From positions 74,538-138,537 of the forward strand of contig PGYA01000001.1 of NCBI GenBank assembly GCA_002839435.1: a DNA stretch of 64,000 nucleotides, read 5' to 3'. Source of the DNA: Candidatus Riflebacteria bacterium HGW-Riflebacteria-2. Its GTDB lineage: Bacteria > Muiribacteriota > Ozemobacteria > Ozemobacterales > Ozemobacteraceae. The translations under genes and the position numbers were made by a program. The stretch's first letter is position 1. Each line of letters begins with the position of its first letter. Under the pieces are notes generated by a model. The model worked only from the letters and a program-made list of their open reading frames with translations. It made no database searches and was not told the origin of the DNA. Positions 36,683 through 45,791 of the stretch are shown here, piece after piece.

Positions 36683-38497
36683 ATGCGAGTTCTTGAGCGA
36701 AAACCGGAGATTCTAAGCGAGGCCTACAAGGCATTCGATACCAATCCTTTTTTTGCGCCACTTAGCGATGCGCAACGCGATCTTGTTATTGAAAAAGCAG
36801 GCACCATAGAAGCTTATACGGAGAACGAGTTCATTCTCAAGACCGGCGACCCGGCCGACTTTCTCTTTGTAATCATTTCTGGTCAAGTAGCTGTTGTGGT
36901 TGGTGAAGGCGAAGACCAGATGGAACTCACCTGCCTGGAACGCTCGCAGATGGTAGGTGAAATGGCGGTTATTCTTGACGAGAAGCGCACGGCTTCGTGT
37001 GTTGCCCGAGGCGAAACGGTTATTCTGAAGTTAACGCGCGATGTTTTTCGCAAGGTGTTGACCGCCGTTCCTGAGGCCGGCATGTCGATGATGCGCATGC
37101 TGGCTGAGCGTCTCAAAAAAACATCACGCCCGCCGGTACATCGTGATTTCAGGGGTGACGCGCCGTTACCGCCGGTTGATGTGCTGCGTCTGATTCCGAT
37201 CGGGTTTATGCAGAGGCATCGCGTCGTGCCGGTACGCAAGCTGGAAAACAAGCTGCTGCTGGGTTATTGCGATCGCATGGATGACAACCTGCTCGCCTCG
37301 GTAACTCAACTGCTGCCAAGCATGAAAATCGAACCGGTGGCTATCGAAGCAGCCTATTTTGAAAAAGTCATGCAGAACTACGGCGGAGATGCTTCAGCTG
37401 AACCGGTTGCCAGCGGAGGTTCTGGTGCACAGCACATCGACGACCTGCTTAAACGACTGGTTGCCGAAGGTGGCTCTGACCTGCATCTTTCGGCCGGGCA
37501 GGCGCCAAGATGGCGTATAGATGGGCGGATTCTGCCAATCGCCGGCTTTTTAAAACTGGCACCGAACGAAGTATTCAAACTGATAGCGCCAATCATGCGC
37601 CCAGATTCGGTTGAGGAATTCAACAAGACCGGCGACGAAGATTTTGCCTACGCCATGGACAAGCACTCACGTTTCCGCATCAACCTTTTGCGTGATTCTA
37701 ATGGAGTCAGTGCGGTTTTTAGACATATTCCGAATACTATTTTCACGCTCGAAGAACTTGGCATGCCCGATGTTCTGCGGCGCTGGGCCGAGTCGCCCAA
37801 GGGACTCATTCTGGTTACCGGGCCGACAGGCAGCGGCAAGAGCACGACTCTGGCGGCAATGCTCGACCACATCAACCGCAATGAAGAATGCCATATACTC
37901 ACCATCGAAGACCCGGTCGAATTCGTGCACCAGAGCCGTAAGGCGCTGGTCAACCAGCGCGAGGTCGGAGTGCATACGCAGTCTTTTTCGCGCGCACTGC
38001 GAGCGGCGTTGCGTGAAGACCCCGATGTCGTTCTTGTCGGCGAGATGCGCGATCTCGAAACGATCTCGATGGCGCTTGAAACCGCCAACACCGGGCATCT
38101 CGTGCTGGCCACGCTGCACACCTCGACGGCGATCAGCACTGTCAGCCGTATCGTCGACCAGTTCCCGGCCGAAGCGCAGGAACAGATCAGAACAGGGTTG
38201 GCCGACAACCTGCTCGGCGTCTGCTGTCAGACGCTCTGCCGCAAGATCGGCGGCGGCCGGGTTCCGGCCCTGGAAATTCTGGTAATGGACTACGCTATGG
38301 GCAACATGATCCGCGAAGGTCGCACACACATGCTGCTGACTGCCATGACAACCGGGCAGAGTCGCGGCAACCGCCTGCTCAATGACGACCTCGCCAAGCT
38401 CGTGCAGTCTGGCAAGATCACCAAGGAAGAAGCTCTTGGCAACGCCGTCGATCACGCCGACATGTTGCGTCGCCTCGGTATGAGCAAAGGGAGTTGA
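36683..38497 (+). CDS. PilT-family type IV pilus retraction-type ATPase carrying N-terminal cyclic-nucleotide-binding (cNMP) and T2SSE_N domains
   Basis: The cNMP domain is 'FILKTGDPADFLFVIISGQVAV...MVGEMAVILDEKRTASCVARGETVIL'. A GspE-N-like segment follows. The PilT core shows Walker A 'LILVTGPTGSGKSTTL', 'LTIEDPVEF', 'DVVLVGEMRD' and 'LVLATLHT'. The ORF could also start at an upstream TTG at 36635. Confidence 0.7.
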   Translation: MRVLERKPEILSEAYKAFDTNPFFAPLSDAQRDLVIEKAGTIEAYTENEFILKTGDPADFLFVIISGQVAVVVGEGEDQMELTCLERSQMVGEMAVILDEKRTASCVARGETVILKLTRDVFRKVLTAVPEAGMSMMRMLAERLKKTSRPPVHRDFRGDAPLPPVDVLRLIPIGFMQRHRVVPVRKLENKLLLGYCDRMDDNLLASVTQLLPSMKIEPVAIEAAYFEKVMQNYGGDASAEPVASGGSGAQHIDDLLKRLVAEGGSDLHLSAGQAPRWRIDGRILPIAGFLKLAPNEVFKLIAPIMRPDSVEEFNKTGDEDFAYAMDKHSRFRINLLRDSNGVSAVFRHIPNTIFTLEELGMPDVLRRWAESPKGLILVTGPTGSGKSTTLAAMLDHINRNEECHILTIEDPVEFVHQSRKALVNQREVGVHTQSFSRALRAALREDPDVVLVGEMRDLETISMALETANTGHLVLATLHTSTAISTVSRIVDQFPAEAQEQIRTGLADNLLGVCCQTLCRKIGGGRVPALEILVMDYAMGNMIREGRTHMLLTAMTTGQSRGNRLLNDDLAKLVQSGKITKEEALGNAVDHADMLRRLGMSKGS

Positions 38498-38561
38498 TTG
38501 TCGTAAAGCGACAAACGTGATAAAATTTCAACATAGTTCTGAGGAAGGGGCGACAGAAGAC

Positions 38562-39365
38562 ATGAGCAGTTTAAAAGGCATTTTCAGGTTGCGGATACTG
38601 ACAGTGATGCTGCTGGCGGTGTTCTCTCTGACGACACCAACGCTGCTGACCGCGGCAGAGCATAAGGTCGGGCCCTATACTGTCGATGTCGATGTGCGTT
38701 CGAGCCTGATGCAGGTTATTCCACACGCTTATGTTAAGTGCCGCCTGAGTGGCAACACTATAAAGATATCAGCATCGGCACCAGGTTATGTGGCGCAGAC
38801 ACATGAGTTCGCGGCAAAGCCCGGGCAGCTTGTTTATCCGGTGATCATCAGACTGCCAGACAAAAAAGTCAGTCTCGAAGTGATGACCTTCGATTACAAA
38901 CCGATAGTATCGGCCTATTTCGACCGCTATCAGGGCGGCACCCCGACGGATCTTTATGCAATCAACCTTTATCTGCCGATCAAAAGCTGGCCACACCCTA
39001 AACCGTCGAACTTAAAGGTCAACCAGCCTGGCTACGGCTGGCCAATTCAACAAACCTGCGACATCAGTGTTTTTGCTGATTTTTACCAGGTGCGCATGCT
39101 GGTTAATCGCGCAGTGCTTGATGACCCCAAAGATCAACTGCTGGTATATGTCAACACTTCAGAAGAAATAAGCGTCGCCGCAGCCGAGAACTGGTTGCTG
39201 ACGCTGCAAGAGCTTGAAGAGAGTAACAGAAAAGAGGCCGAGCAACTTGCCATAATTCTGGCAGCGATTCTGCCGGTTGCCGAGTTCAGCGTTGCGCCGC
39301 TTCCCCGCTCGATCGCCGCAGCAGTTGCTTTTAAAAGACGATTCGCAGAACTACACCGTGACTGA
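38562..39365 (+). CDS. hypothetical secreted protein
   Basis: The RBS is 'gaggaaggggcgacagaagacATG' and a signal peptide 'LRILTVMLLAVFSLTTPTLLTAAEH' is present. Confidence 0.5.
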   Translation: MSSLKGIFRLRILTVMLLAVFSLTTPTLLTAAEHKVGPYTVDVDVRSSLMQVIPHAYVKCRLSGNTIKISASAPGYVAQTHEFAAKPGQLVYPVIIRLPDKKVSLEVMTFDYKPIVSAYFDRYQGGTPTDLYAINLYLPIKSWPHPKPSNLKVNQPGYGWPIQQTCDISVFADFYQVRMLVNRAVLDDPKDQLLVYVNTSEEISVAAAENWLLTLQELEESNRKEAEQLAIILAAILPVAEFSVAPLPRSIAAAVAFKRRFAELHRD

Positions 39366-39555
39366 TCAGCGAAAACCAGCGCAACGAATGACCGAATATG
39401 CGCCAGCGAAGAGCTAATAACACGCAATTGCGTTTAGCTTTTTGACAGAGTAAAATTAATTTTGTCATATAGTTTTTTCAAGAGGATTTCGCCGGAAGGC
39501 TGCCATATAAATAGAGCTATAACTTTTGCAGTCAGGCGATTGAAAGGAACTTTCT

Positions 39556-40275
39556 GTGAATAGAACACTATTGGCGACACTCATGGTTTGTCTTTTTTTT
39601 CTTCTGGCGGTTAACGGTTACGCCGCGGATTCTCTGCTTGGCAACTGGGTCTATCAGAGTCCACATGGCGATATCAGCCTGCAGTTTACCTCGGCGAATC
39701 AGCTGGTTTTTGATGGCGACCCAGCTTCTTACCAGGTTCAGGGCAATAATCTGATCGTGACGGCTGACGAAGAAGAGACCATGTCTTACCCGTATTCACT
39801 GCAGAATGACCAATTGCAGATCACTTTTCCTGATGGCAGCCAGTTGATGTTTACAAGGGCTGGTGCTACAGCGGGAGATGCAAACATGCCTGGAATGGTT
39901 CCTGCTGGAGGGAACCCGACCGGAGTGGTTCCAGCAGCTGGCGGCGGCCAGGTTTTTCAGGAACTGGTCGGACGCTGGAAAGATATAAGATCGAGTGGGC
40001 ACACCATAATCGAACTGCACGCAAACGGGCAGTTTTCATATTACAGTGATACGACCGCCGGTAACAGCAATTATGGCGAGACCAACTGGGGTTATGGCAG
40101 TTCTTCGGGCACCAGAGGCTCCTGGCAGGCTCGCGGCACAGCTCAGCAGGGGGTAATTTATTATCAGACCGAGAGTGGTGAGCAGGACACTCTTGATTAC
40201 AGAATCCAGATGGAAAAAGGCCAGGTTTTCTGGAATGAATGCTATTTTGACGGCAAGCTTTACCAGAAGCAGTAA
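39556..40275 (+). CDS. hypothetical secreted protein with a GTG start
   Basis: A signal peptide 'LLATLMVCLFFLLAVNGYAADS' is followed by a Gly/Pro-rich linker and a beta-rich C-terminus. Confidence 0.5.
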   Translation: MNRTLLATLMVCLFFLLAVNGYAADSLLGNWVYQSPHGDISLQFTSANQLVFDGDPASYQVQGNNLIVTADEEETMSYPYSLQNDQLQITFPDGSQLMFTRAGATAGDANMPGMVPAGGNPTGVVPAAGGGQVFQELVGRWKDIRSSGHTIIELHANGQFSYYSDTTAGNSNYGETNWGYGSSSGTRGSWQARGTAQQGVIYYQTESGEQDTLDYRIQMEKGQVFWNECYFDGKLYQKQ

Positions 40276-40389
40276 AGATCTGGTAGATAATTTTCCGTGC
40301 CGCATTTTAGTAAAAACGGTCAGATGGCATTGCGTAAATTCTGTACAAGGGTATGATTAGTAGATACGTCTTGCACAATGAGGTAAAAA

Positions 40390-41883
40390 ATGGACAAACG
40401 ACATGCAATGCGAGCTTTGCTGGTCGTTCTGCTGGCGTCTGCGTCAGCTCCAATAATGGCGTGGGGGCCAGTCAGTCATATTTCGTTGTCATATGAAGCA
40501 GGTGTTAAAAGTGGCTTTCCGGTGAGCCACGATCTCGTCGGCGCTTATCTTGCCGGTTCAACCGAGCCTGACGTCGGACTCGACGACGGCAAAAGCGAAG
40601 ATTACGGCGTTTACCACAGCGAAGAATATGCCAAAGCCATGGAAGCAGTTGCCCAGCGCAAAAATAGCCCCGACCGCGAGATTTTGCTCGCCCGCGCGGC
40701 CGGCATGCGCAGTCATATTGCCGGTGACTCGGCGGCGCACGGCAAAACCGGTTATGCTGAAGCCAAGATCATGTTTCCTGATATTCAGACCGGCCTGCCC
40801 AAGCATACAACCAACGAACTGATCGTCGATATGATCATGTATGACCGCAATAAAGAGGCTCTTAAGAAGCAGAATCTCAACTTTATCGACGTCGATACGC
40901 TGATCGAAACACGCAAAGAATACAGTCGCATGACCGGCAAAGAGCTCAAAAACGACCGCGACGCGCTCAAAAAAGAACTGCTCAACCATCGCGCCATGGT
41001 GCTGACCGAACTAAGCCTGGCTCACCACCTTTCAACCTCAGACCCGGCTAAACTCAGCCAGATGAAAGAAGAGTATTCCGACCTCAACGTCGGCACGACT
41101 GATGGTAACGGCGCCGACCTTGCCATTGCCAGGATTTCCGAACAGGCGAAGACCAGCGAAGACCTCAGGAACTTCCGAACAGATGATAAAGGCTTTAAAA
41201 TAAGGGATTACCTTAACAACTCGCTGCTGGCAAAAAGCATGCAGGCACTCGAACGCGGCGCGCTCAAGCTGACTAAATCGGCGGCAATACGCGATTCTCT
41301 TCAGAGTTTCGCTGGCGGCAAAGTTGAAGCCAGCAGGAACAAGGCTTTCGTGAACTTCGGCGTCAATCTGCTTAATAAAGACCTGACCTTCAAGCAGGCG
41401 GTCGTGCTGGCCGGCAAGGCTACCAGCGGTTATCCGACCGACCAGTCCCAGAAGCTTGCCTATCTCGAAATCGAGGCTGAATCTCTCAAGGCGCAGCGTG
41501 ACAAGGCGCAGGCCGATTACAACAACCGCCCCTGGTGGAAATTCTGGCTCATCTTCACGCAATCTGACAAAAAGAAATACGAACAACTCGAAGCGCAATA
41601 CCAGGCGAAACTGCACGAAATCGAGGCGGCTCGCAGCCAGATCGCAGCCAGTTCCGCCCCGTTATCAGACGCCGCCTATGCTGCCGCCATCAGCGAATGC
41701 GCCGAGCAGTCTGCCCTGTGCGATAACGCGGCCGCCAGCCTCGCCGAACTGCAGGCCGCCGTAGATGCTGCCTACAAAAAATATGTAACCGCAGCCGAGA
41801 CCCAGGATCAGGCTGATCTCAAGGCTGCCGAACAGGAACTGAGTCAGGCCCGCGAAAATCTTAAAGCTGCCATGCAGCGCTGA
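40390..41883 (+). CDS. secreted protein with an N-terminal zinc-dependent phospholipase C / S1-P1 nuclease-like domain and a C-terminal coiled-coil region
   Basis: A signal peptide is followed by a 'W-G-x-x-S-H' start ('AWGPVSHISLSYEAG') typical of the PLC/P1-nuclease zinc fold. The C-terminal ~170 aa are Ala/Gln/Glu/Lys-rich heptads. Confidence 0.35.
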   Translation: MDKRHAMRALLVVLLASASAPIMAWGPVSHISLSYEAGVKSGFPVSHDLVGAYLAGSTEPDVGLDDGKSEDYGVYHSEEYAKAMEAVAQRKNSPDREILLARAAGMRSHIAGDSAAHGKTGYAEAKIMFPDIQTGLPKHTTNELIVDMIMYDRNKEALKKQNLNFIDVDTLIETRKEYSRMTGKELKNDRDALKKELLNHRAMVLTELSLAHHLSTSDPAKLSQMKEEYSDLNVGTTDGNGADLAIARISEQAKTSEDLRNFRTDDKGFKIRDYLNNSLLAKSMQALERGALKLTKSAAIRDSLQSFAGGKVEASRNKAFVNFGVNLLNKDLTFKQAVVLAGKATSGYPTDQSQKLAYLEIEAESLKAQRDKAQADYNNRPWWKFWLIFTQSDKKKYEQLEAQYQAKLHEIEAARSQIAASSAPLSDAAYAAAISECAEQSALCDNAAASLAELQAAVDAAYKKYVTAAETQDQADLKAAEQELSQARENLKAAMQR

Positions 41884-41989
41884 CCTCGACCATGTTGACA
41901 CTGCGAGGAGACTCTGATCTCCGAAACAGTCTCATCTATCAGTGAGATAGTTCTATGGCGATATGCATGACGCGGTCCGGTGAGCGGGT

Positions 41990-42745
41990 TTGCATGAAAT
42001 GATAAAAGTTCTTGTAAGGTTCTATGAAGAGCTCAATGACTTTATCAGGGCTGACTGGCGCAAGCAGCAGATAGAGCGGCAGCTTGGGCACTGCACTACG
42101 GTGAAGGATCTCATCGAGTCGTTTGGGGTGCCGCATACCGAAGTCGATCTGATACTGGTCAATGGCAACGCTGTCGATTTTGCGCATCGTGTCGCGGATG
42201 GCGATATGATAAGCGTTTACCCGGTGTTTGAATCGTTCGACATTTCAGATGTTACGCGCCTGCAGGAAAGGCCGCTGCGCGACCTGCGCTTCATCGCCGA
42301 CTGCCATCTCGGCAAGCTTGCCGGCAAAATGCGCCTGCTCGGGCTCGACGTCGAGTATCGCAACGATATCGACGACGAAGAACTGGTTGCGGCAGTTGTT
42401 AACGACAAAAAAGTACTGCTGAGCCGAGACCGCCGCCTGCTTATGCGCAAGGTCATCGACCGCGGCTACCTTGTTCGCTCGCAGAACCCCGATGAGCAGA
42501 TTGCCGAAGTGATAAAACGCTTTGATCTAGGCAGGCAACTGCAGCCGTTCACGCGCTGCGCCCTCTGTAACGGCATGCTTGAACGAGTCGAAAAAGCAGC
42601 GGTGCTGCACCGGCTCGAACCAAAAACGAAGCTGTATTTCGACGACTTTTTTCAATGCCAGTCGTGCCGCCAGGTTTACTGGCAGGGCTCACATCTCGCC
42701 GCGATAAATCAGTTGATAATTAAATATGATAACAGAGCCCAATAG
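41990..42745 (+). CDS. Mut7-C RNase domain protein (PIN-like, DUF82) with an N-terminal ubiquitin-like (MoaD/ThiS-like) domain and a C-terminal zinc ribbon
   Basis: 'LRFIADCHLGKLAGKMRLLGLDV', 'VLLSRDRRLL' and 'CALCNGML...CQSCRQVYWQGSH' match the Mut7-C architecture. Confidence 0.7.
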   Translation: MHEMIKVLVRFYEELNDFIRADWRKQQIERQLGHCTTVKDLIESFGVPHTEVDLILVNGNAVDFAHRVADGDMISVYPVFESFDISDVTRLQERPLRDLRFIADCHLGKLAGKMRLLGLDVEYRNDIDDEELVAAVVNDKKVLLSRDRRLLMRKVIDRGYLVRSQNPDEQIAEVIKRFDLGRQLQPFTRCALCNGMLERVEKAAVLHRLEPKTKLYFDDFFQCQSCRQVYWQGSHLAAINQLIIKYDNRAQ

Positions 42746-42791
42746 CCAGAACAGTTTTTAACCAGCGGCTCAAATGGACAGAGAAGCGATG

Positions 42792-45791
42792 TTAATCGAA
42801 TTCGAGCAGCACGATAGAGACGTCGTCGCCCCAGGAAGTCGTGCCGGTAAGCTTCTCAAGTTTGCCATAAAGAGCTTCAATCGGGTTCCTGTCACCTTTA
42901 ACAGTGTCATCAACGATATCTGCAAACTCTTTGTAACCGATCATCTCCCCGTCAGGCAGCAGAGCCTCGACCCAGCCATCGGTATAGAATACAATCGAGC
43001 ACTTTTCGCCGATGTTCATCTGAACGCCAGGAATCTTCATGGTTTTGGTAGCGCCCAGCGGGAAAGCGTTCATCTCGATAAAGTCATGCCCGCCTTCGGG
43101 CTTGACATGTATCAATGCCGGATGCCCGGCACCAGCGAGAAAGAATTCACCGCTACGGGAATCGATGCGCATCAGCATTATCGAACTCATGCGCAGACGC
43201 TTGAGAATAGGAAGAAGGTGCAGGTTGATAGTCGTCAGCAACTCCTGCGGAGTCCGGCCGGCCTGTCTGACAACGAGCGGTATGGCGCTTGTGATCATGG
43301 CAACTACTACAGCCGCCGCAAGACCATGCCCGGTAACATCACCAATACAGACATAAACATGGTTTTCATCATGCGGATCGACAAAGTAATCGTAGAAATC
43401 GCCGCCGACCTGCTCCATCATGAGCGAACGGCCGGTAACGCGTAGACGACCGAGACTCAGGCTGCCGGTTGGGAAAAGGCCTTCCTGAAGAGCCTGCGCC
43501 AGATTGAGCTGGTCGAGACCTTCTTTTACCTGGCCAAACAGCCGGGTAAGTGCAAGCAGTTCGCCAACCGCGTTACTAGTTACCGGCAGGCGCATTCCAG
43601 CCTTGAACAGAGGTTCGACCGCAGTTTCAAGTTCGCCGGTTGGCCGCAACAGAAATCGCCGAAGAATGTAAAGCCCCAGAACAATCCATGCAGTTCCAAG
43701 CAACAGCGCGGCACTGAACGAAACAAACAGCCGGTTTTCGTCATACAGCACCTTATCAAAAGGCATGGAACGTGCAATTACCAAATGTTCCATCGCCTCA
43801 GAACACTTCAGCAGATAAAGATTTCTTGTTCCGTCCTGACTTTCAGTAATAAAACGGCAACATTCGCCAGGATTTTCGAGACCGTTGGCAATAGCGACCA
43901 TAGCTTTTGGAGCCGCCTTTGCTGCAAAATCAAGCCCTTCAGCATCGCGGTTGAACACATAGGTGGCACTGCCATCGCCGGCTGTTCCTGCCCTGGCTAT
44001 CAATTCCAGAACTCGCGCAAATGAGAAATGACCAGCCCGCCAGTGCAGTAGAACAAAGTTAATCAATTCGCTGTCTGCGTCGCTGAGCACAAATGCATAA
44101 TTAAAGACTTTTTCTGTTCCCGACACGACCCGGGTGATTCTGCCAATATCAGCAAGCGTCTCGTTAACATAGTCTTCTTCATCGACTCCTGCGGCAGCAG
44201 CCATCACCGACATTACCTGCCCCTGATCTCTGATGGCGTCTGTGGTTGAACGCCGTTCCTGAACCCTGCGACAGATATTTATCGCCAGCCCCGACACAAG
44301 CTTGTCGATAACCGGATCGTTCTTGTCACCCACCCGGCATCGGGCCGGCCCGAGCAGATGTATTTGAATCTGTTCTTCGCTTAACCGGCCATTTTCGTCA
44401 CCGGTCAAACGAAACAAGCTCTGATAAAGTTCTTCAACCTTGCCGCCGCGATCGTTTACCCGCTGCAGAAACCACTTCTGCAGATGGTCCGGGCGTTTCG
44501 CAATATAAGTGTATGACGGTCGAAACTGAAACCAGGTGGGCGACAACTTTTTGCCGTCTTGAGTGAATACATAAAGGTAACCAAGGTTCCATCTGCCGGA
44601 ATTGACTTCTTCGCACCATTCAAGAACACGCTGCTGGCTGGAAAATGGCCGCTGTTTCTGTAGATAGCGCGTTATTTCCTGCTGCTGCGCATAGGTAAAT
44701 TGCCTCAATTCAGTTTCAAGATCCTCAATCTCACGCGAAAGCTGCACGTACTTTCTGTCCAGAATATTCGAACTGCCGGAATACATTTCAAGATGTCCGA
44801 TTAAAACCAGTCCCAACAACGGCAGGCCGATTGCCGGTCCAAGAAGCATGAGCAGGCCAGCCCGCAGGTTTTTCGAATCCACCGGAAAATTTGTGCGCGC
44901 GAGCCGCACAAAGCCGTATAACCAGGTAATACTTAGCAGTATAAGAGCAGAAACTGAAAAAACTTCCCAGGCCAGCAGATTGAGCGGAAAGCTGGCGCGA
45001 AAAACCAGCAGATTTTCTTCAAAGCCAACCATCTGGTAAACATAGCGGTAATCACTGCCAATGCCGGTATTATCGGGATTCACATGCCAGTAGCCGAGGC
45101 GCTGCTGCCAGTCAATTGCTGATGTCCCGGAAAACATTTTCCAAAGTGTTTCAGAACCATGCTGAGCCTGAACAAAATATTCACCCATGACTTTCTGCCA
45201 GTCGATGGATTTCTCATCGAAAAGCAGAATATAAGCATATTGCCGCCCGGCGATCGTTTGCAGACCCTGGCTCATCCACCAGTCGTTTTCCGGCAACGGC
45301 AGGCCATAAATAATATGACGGCGCGGCATGGTATAGAGCAGATGCCCGGGCAGATCGATAAAGGCTGTTTTAACCCTTATTTTTTCGTCCTGCATGGGAA
45401 TAAGACTATCGGCAAAAAGCATTTTCAGCAGTGGTGCGAAGTCACCCGCCAGTTCCCCCGTATCTTCACTCCGGGCCGCGACGAAAAGATGGGGCCGGGC
45501 AATACCATACCCTGCGAAGCTTTCAGTGGCCTGCTTGTGCCAGCCCCTGACATCTTGAGCCATAGCCTCATTCCTGCGGGCAGCCTGCCAGAGCACCGAC
45601 AGTCGGGCAGCCGGAGATTTTATCCGCAAAAGTTTTTCAACATCATAGCGCAGGCTCTCTGAAAGTATTTCACGCTCATAACTGCGACGGACTGATGAAC
45701 CCTGCCAGATGCCCGCTGACAGAAAAAATGCAAACGGGAACCACAGCAAAATGCCAGCAAACACGCGAAATTTTCGGTTTCCGGTCATCAT
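42792..45791 (-). CDS. large (999 aa) multi-pass membrane sensor with a C-terminal PP2C (SpoIIE-type) phosphatase domain
   Basis: TM segments flank ~250-aa and ~350-aa soluble regions. The C-terminus contains 'VCIGDVTGHGLAAAVV' and 'VFYTDGWVEAL', the canonical PP2C metal-binding motifs. Confidence 0.7.
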   Translation of the reverse strand: MMTGNRKFRVFAGILLWFPFAFFLSAGIWQGSSVRRSYEREILSESLRYDVEKLLRIKSPAARLSVLWQAARRNEAMAQDVRGWHKQATESFAGYGIARPHLFVAARSEDTGELAGDFAPLLKMLFADSLIPMQDEKIRVKTAFIDLPGHLLYTMPRRHIIYGLPLPENDWWMSQGLQTIAGRQYAYILLFDEKSIDWQKVMGEYFVQAQHGSETLWKMFSGTSAIDWQQRLGYWHVNPDNTGIGSDYRYVYQMVGFEENLLVFRASFPLNLLAWEVFSVSALILLSITWLYGFVRLARTNFPVDSKNLRAGLLMLLGPAIGLPLLGLVLIGHLEMYSGSSNILDRKYVQLSREIEDLETELRQFTYAQQQEITRYLQKQRPFSSQQRVLEWCEEVNSGRWNLGYLYVFTQDGKKLSPTWFQFRPSYTYIAKRPDHLQKWFLQRVNDRGGKVEELYQSLFRLTGDENGRLSEEQIQIHLLGPARCRVGDKNDPVIDKLVSGLAINICRRVQERRSTTDAIRDQGQVMSVMAAAAGVDEEDYVNETLADIGRITRVVSGTEKVFNYAFVLSDADSELINFVLLHWRAGHFSFARVLELIARAGTAGDGSATYVFNRDAEGLDFAAKAAPKAMVAIANGLENPGECCRFITESQDGTRNLYLLKCSEAMEHLVIARSMPFDKVLYDENRLFVSFSAALLLGTAWIVLGLYILRRFLLRPTGELETAVEPLFKAGMRLPVTSNAVGELLALTRLFGQVKEGLDQLNLAQALQEGLFPTGSLSLGRLRVTGRSLMMEQVGGDFYDYFVDPHDENHVYVCIGDVTGHGLAAAVVVAMITSAIPLVVRQAGRTPQELLTTINLHLLPILKRLRMSSIMLMRIDSRSGEFFLAGAGHPALIHVKPEGGHDFIEMNAFPLGATKTMKIPGVQMNIGEKCSIVFYTDGWVEALLPDGEMIGYKEFADIVDDTVKGDRNPIEALYGKLEKLTGTTSWGDDVSIVLLEFD

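Noticed and set aside
37611-38455. 224-aa (+) and 262-aa/186-aa (-) ORFs overlapping the PilT-like gene
   Set aside because: They are embedded in the region encoding the conserved PilT ATPase motifs in another frame or strand. Their Arg/Ser/Ala-rich translations are typical of out-of-frame GC-rich sequence.
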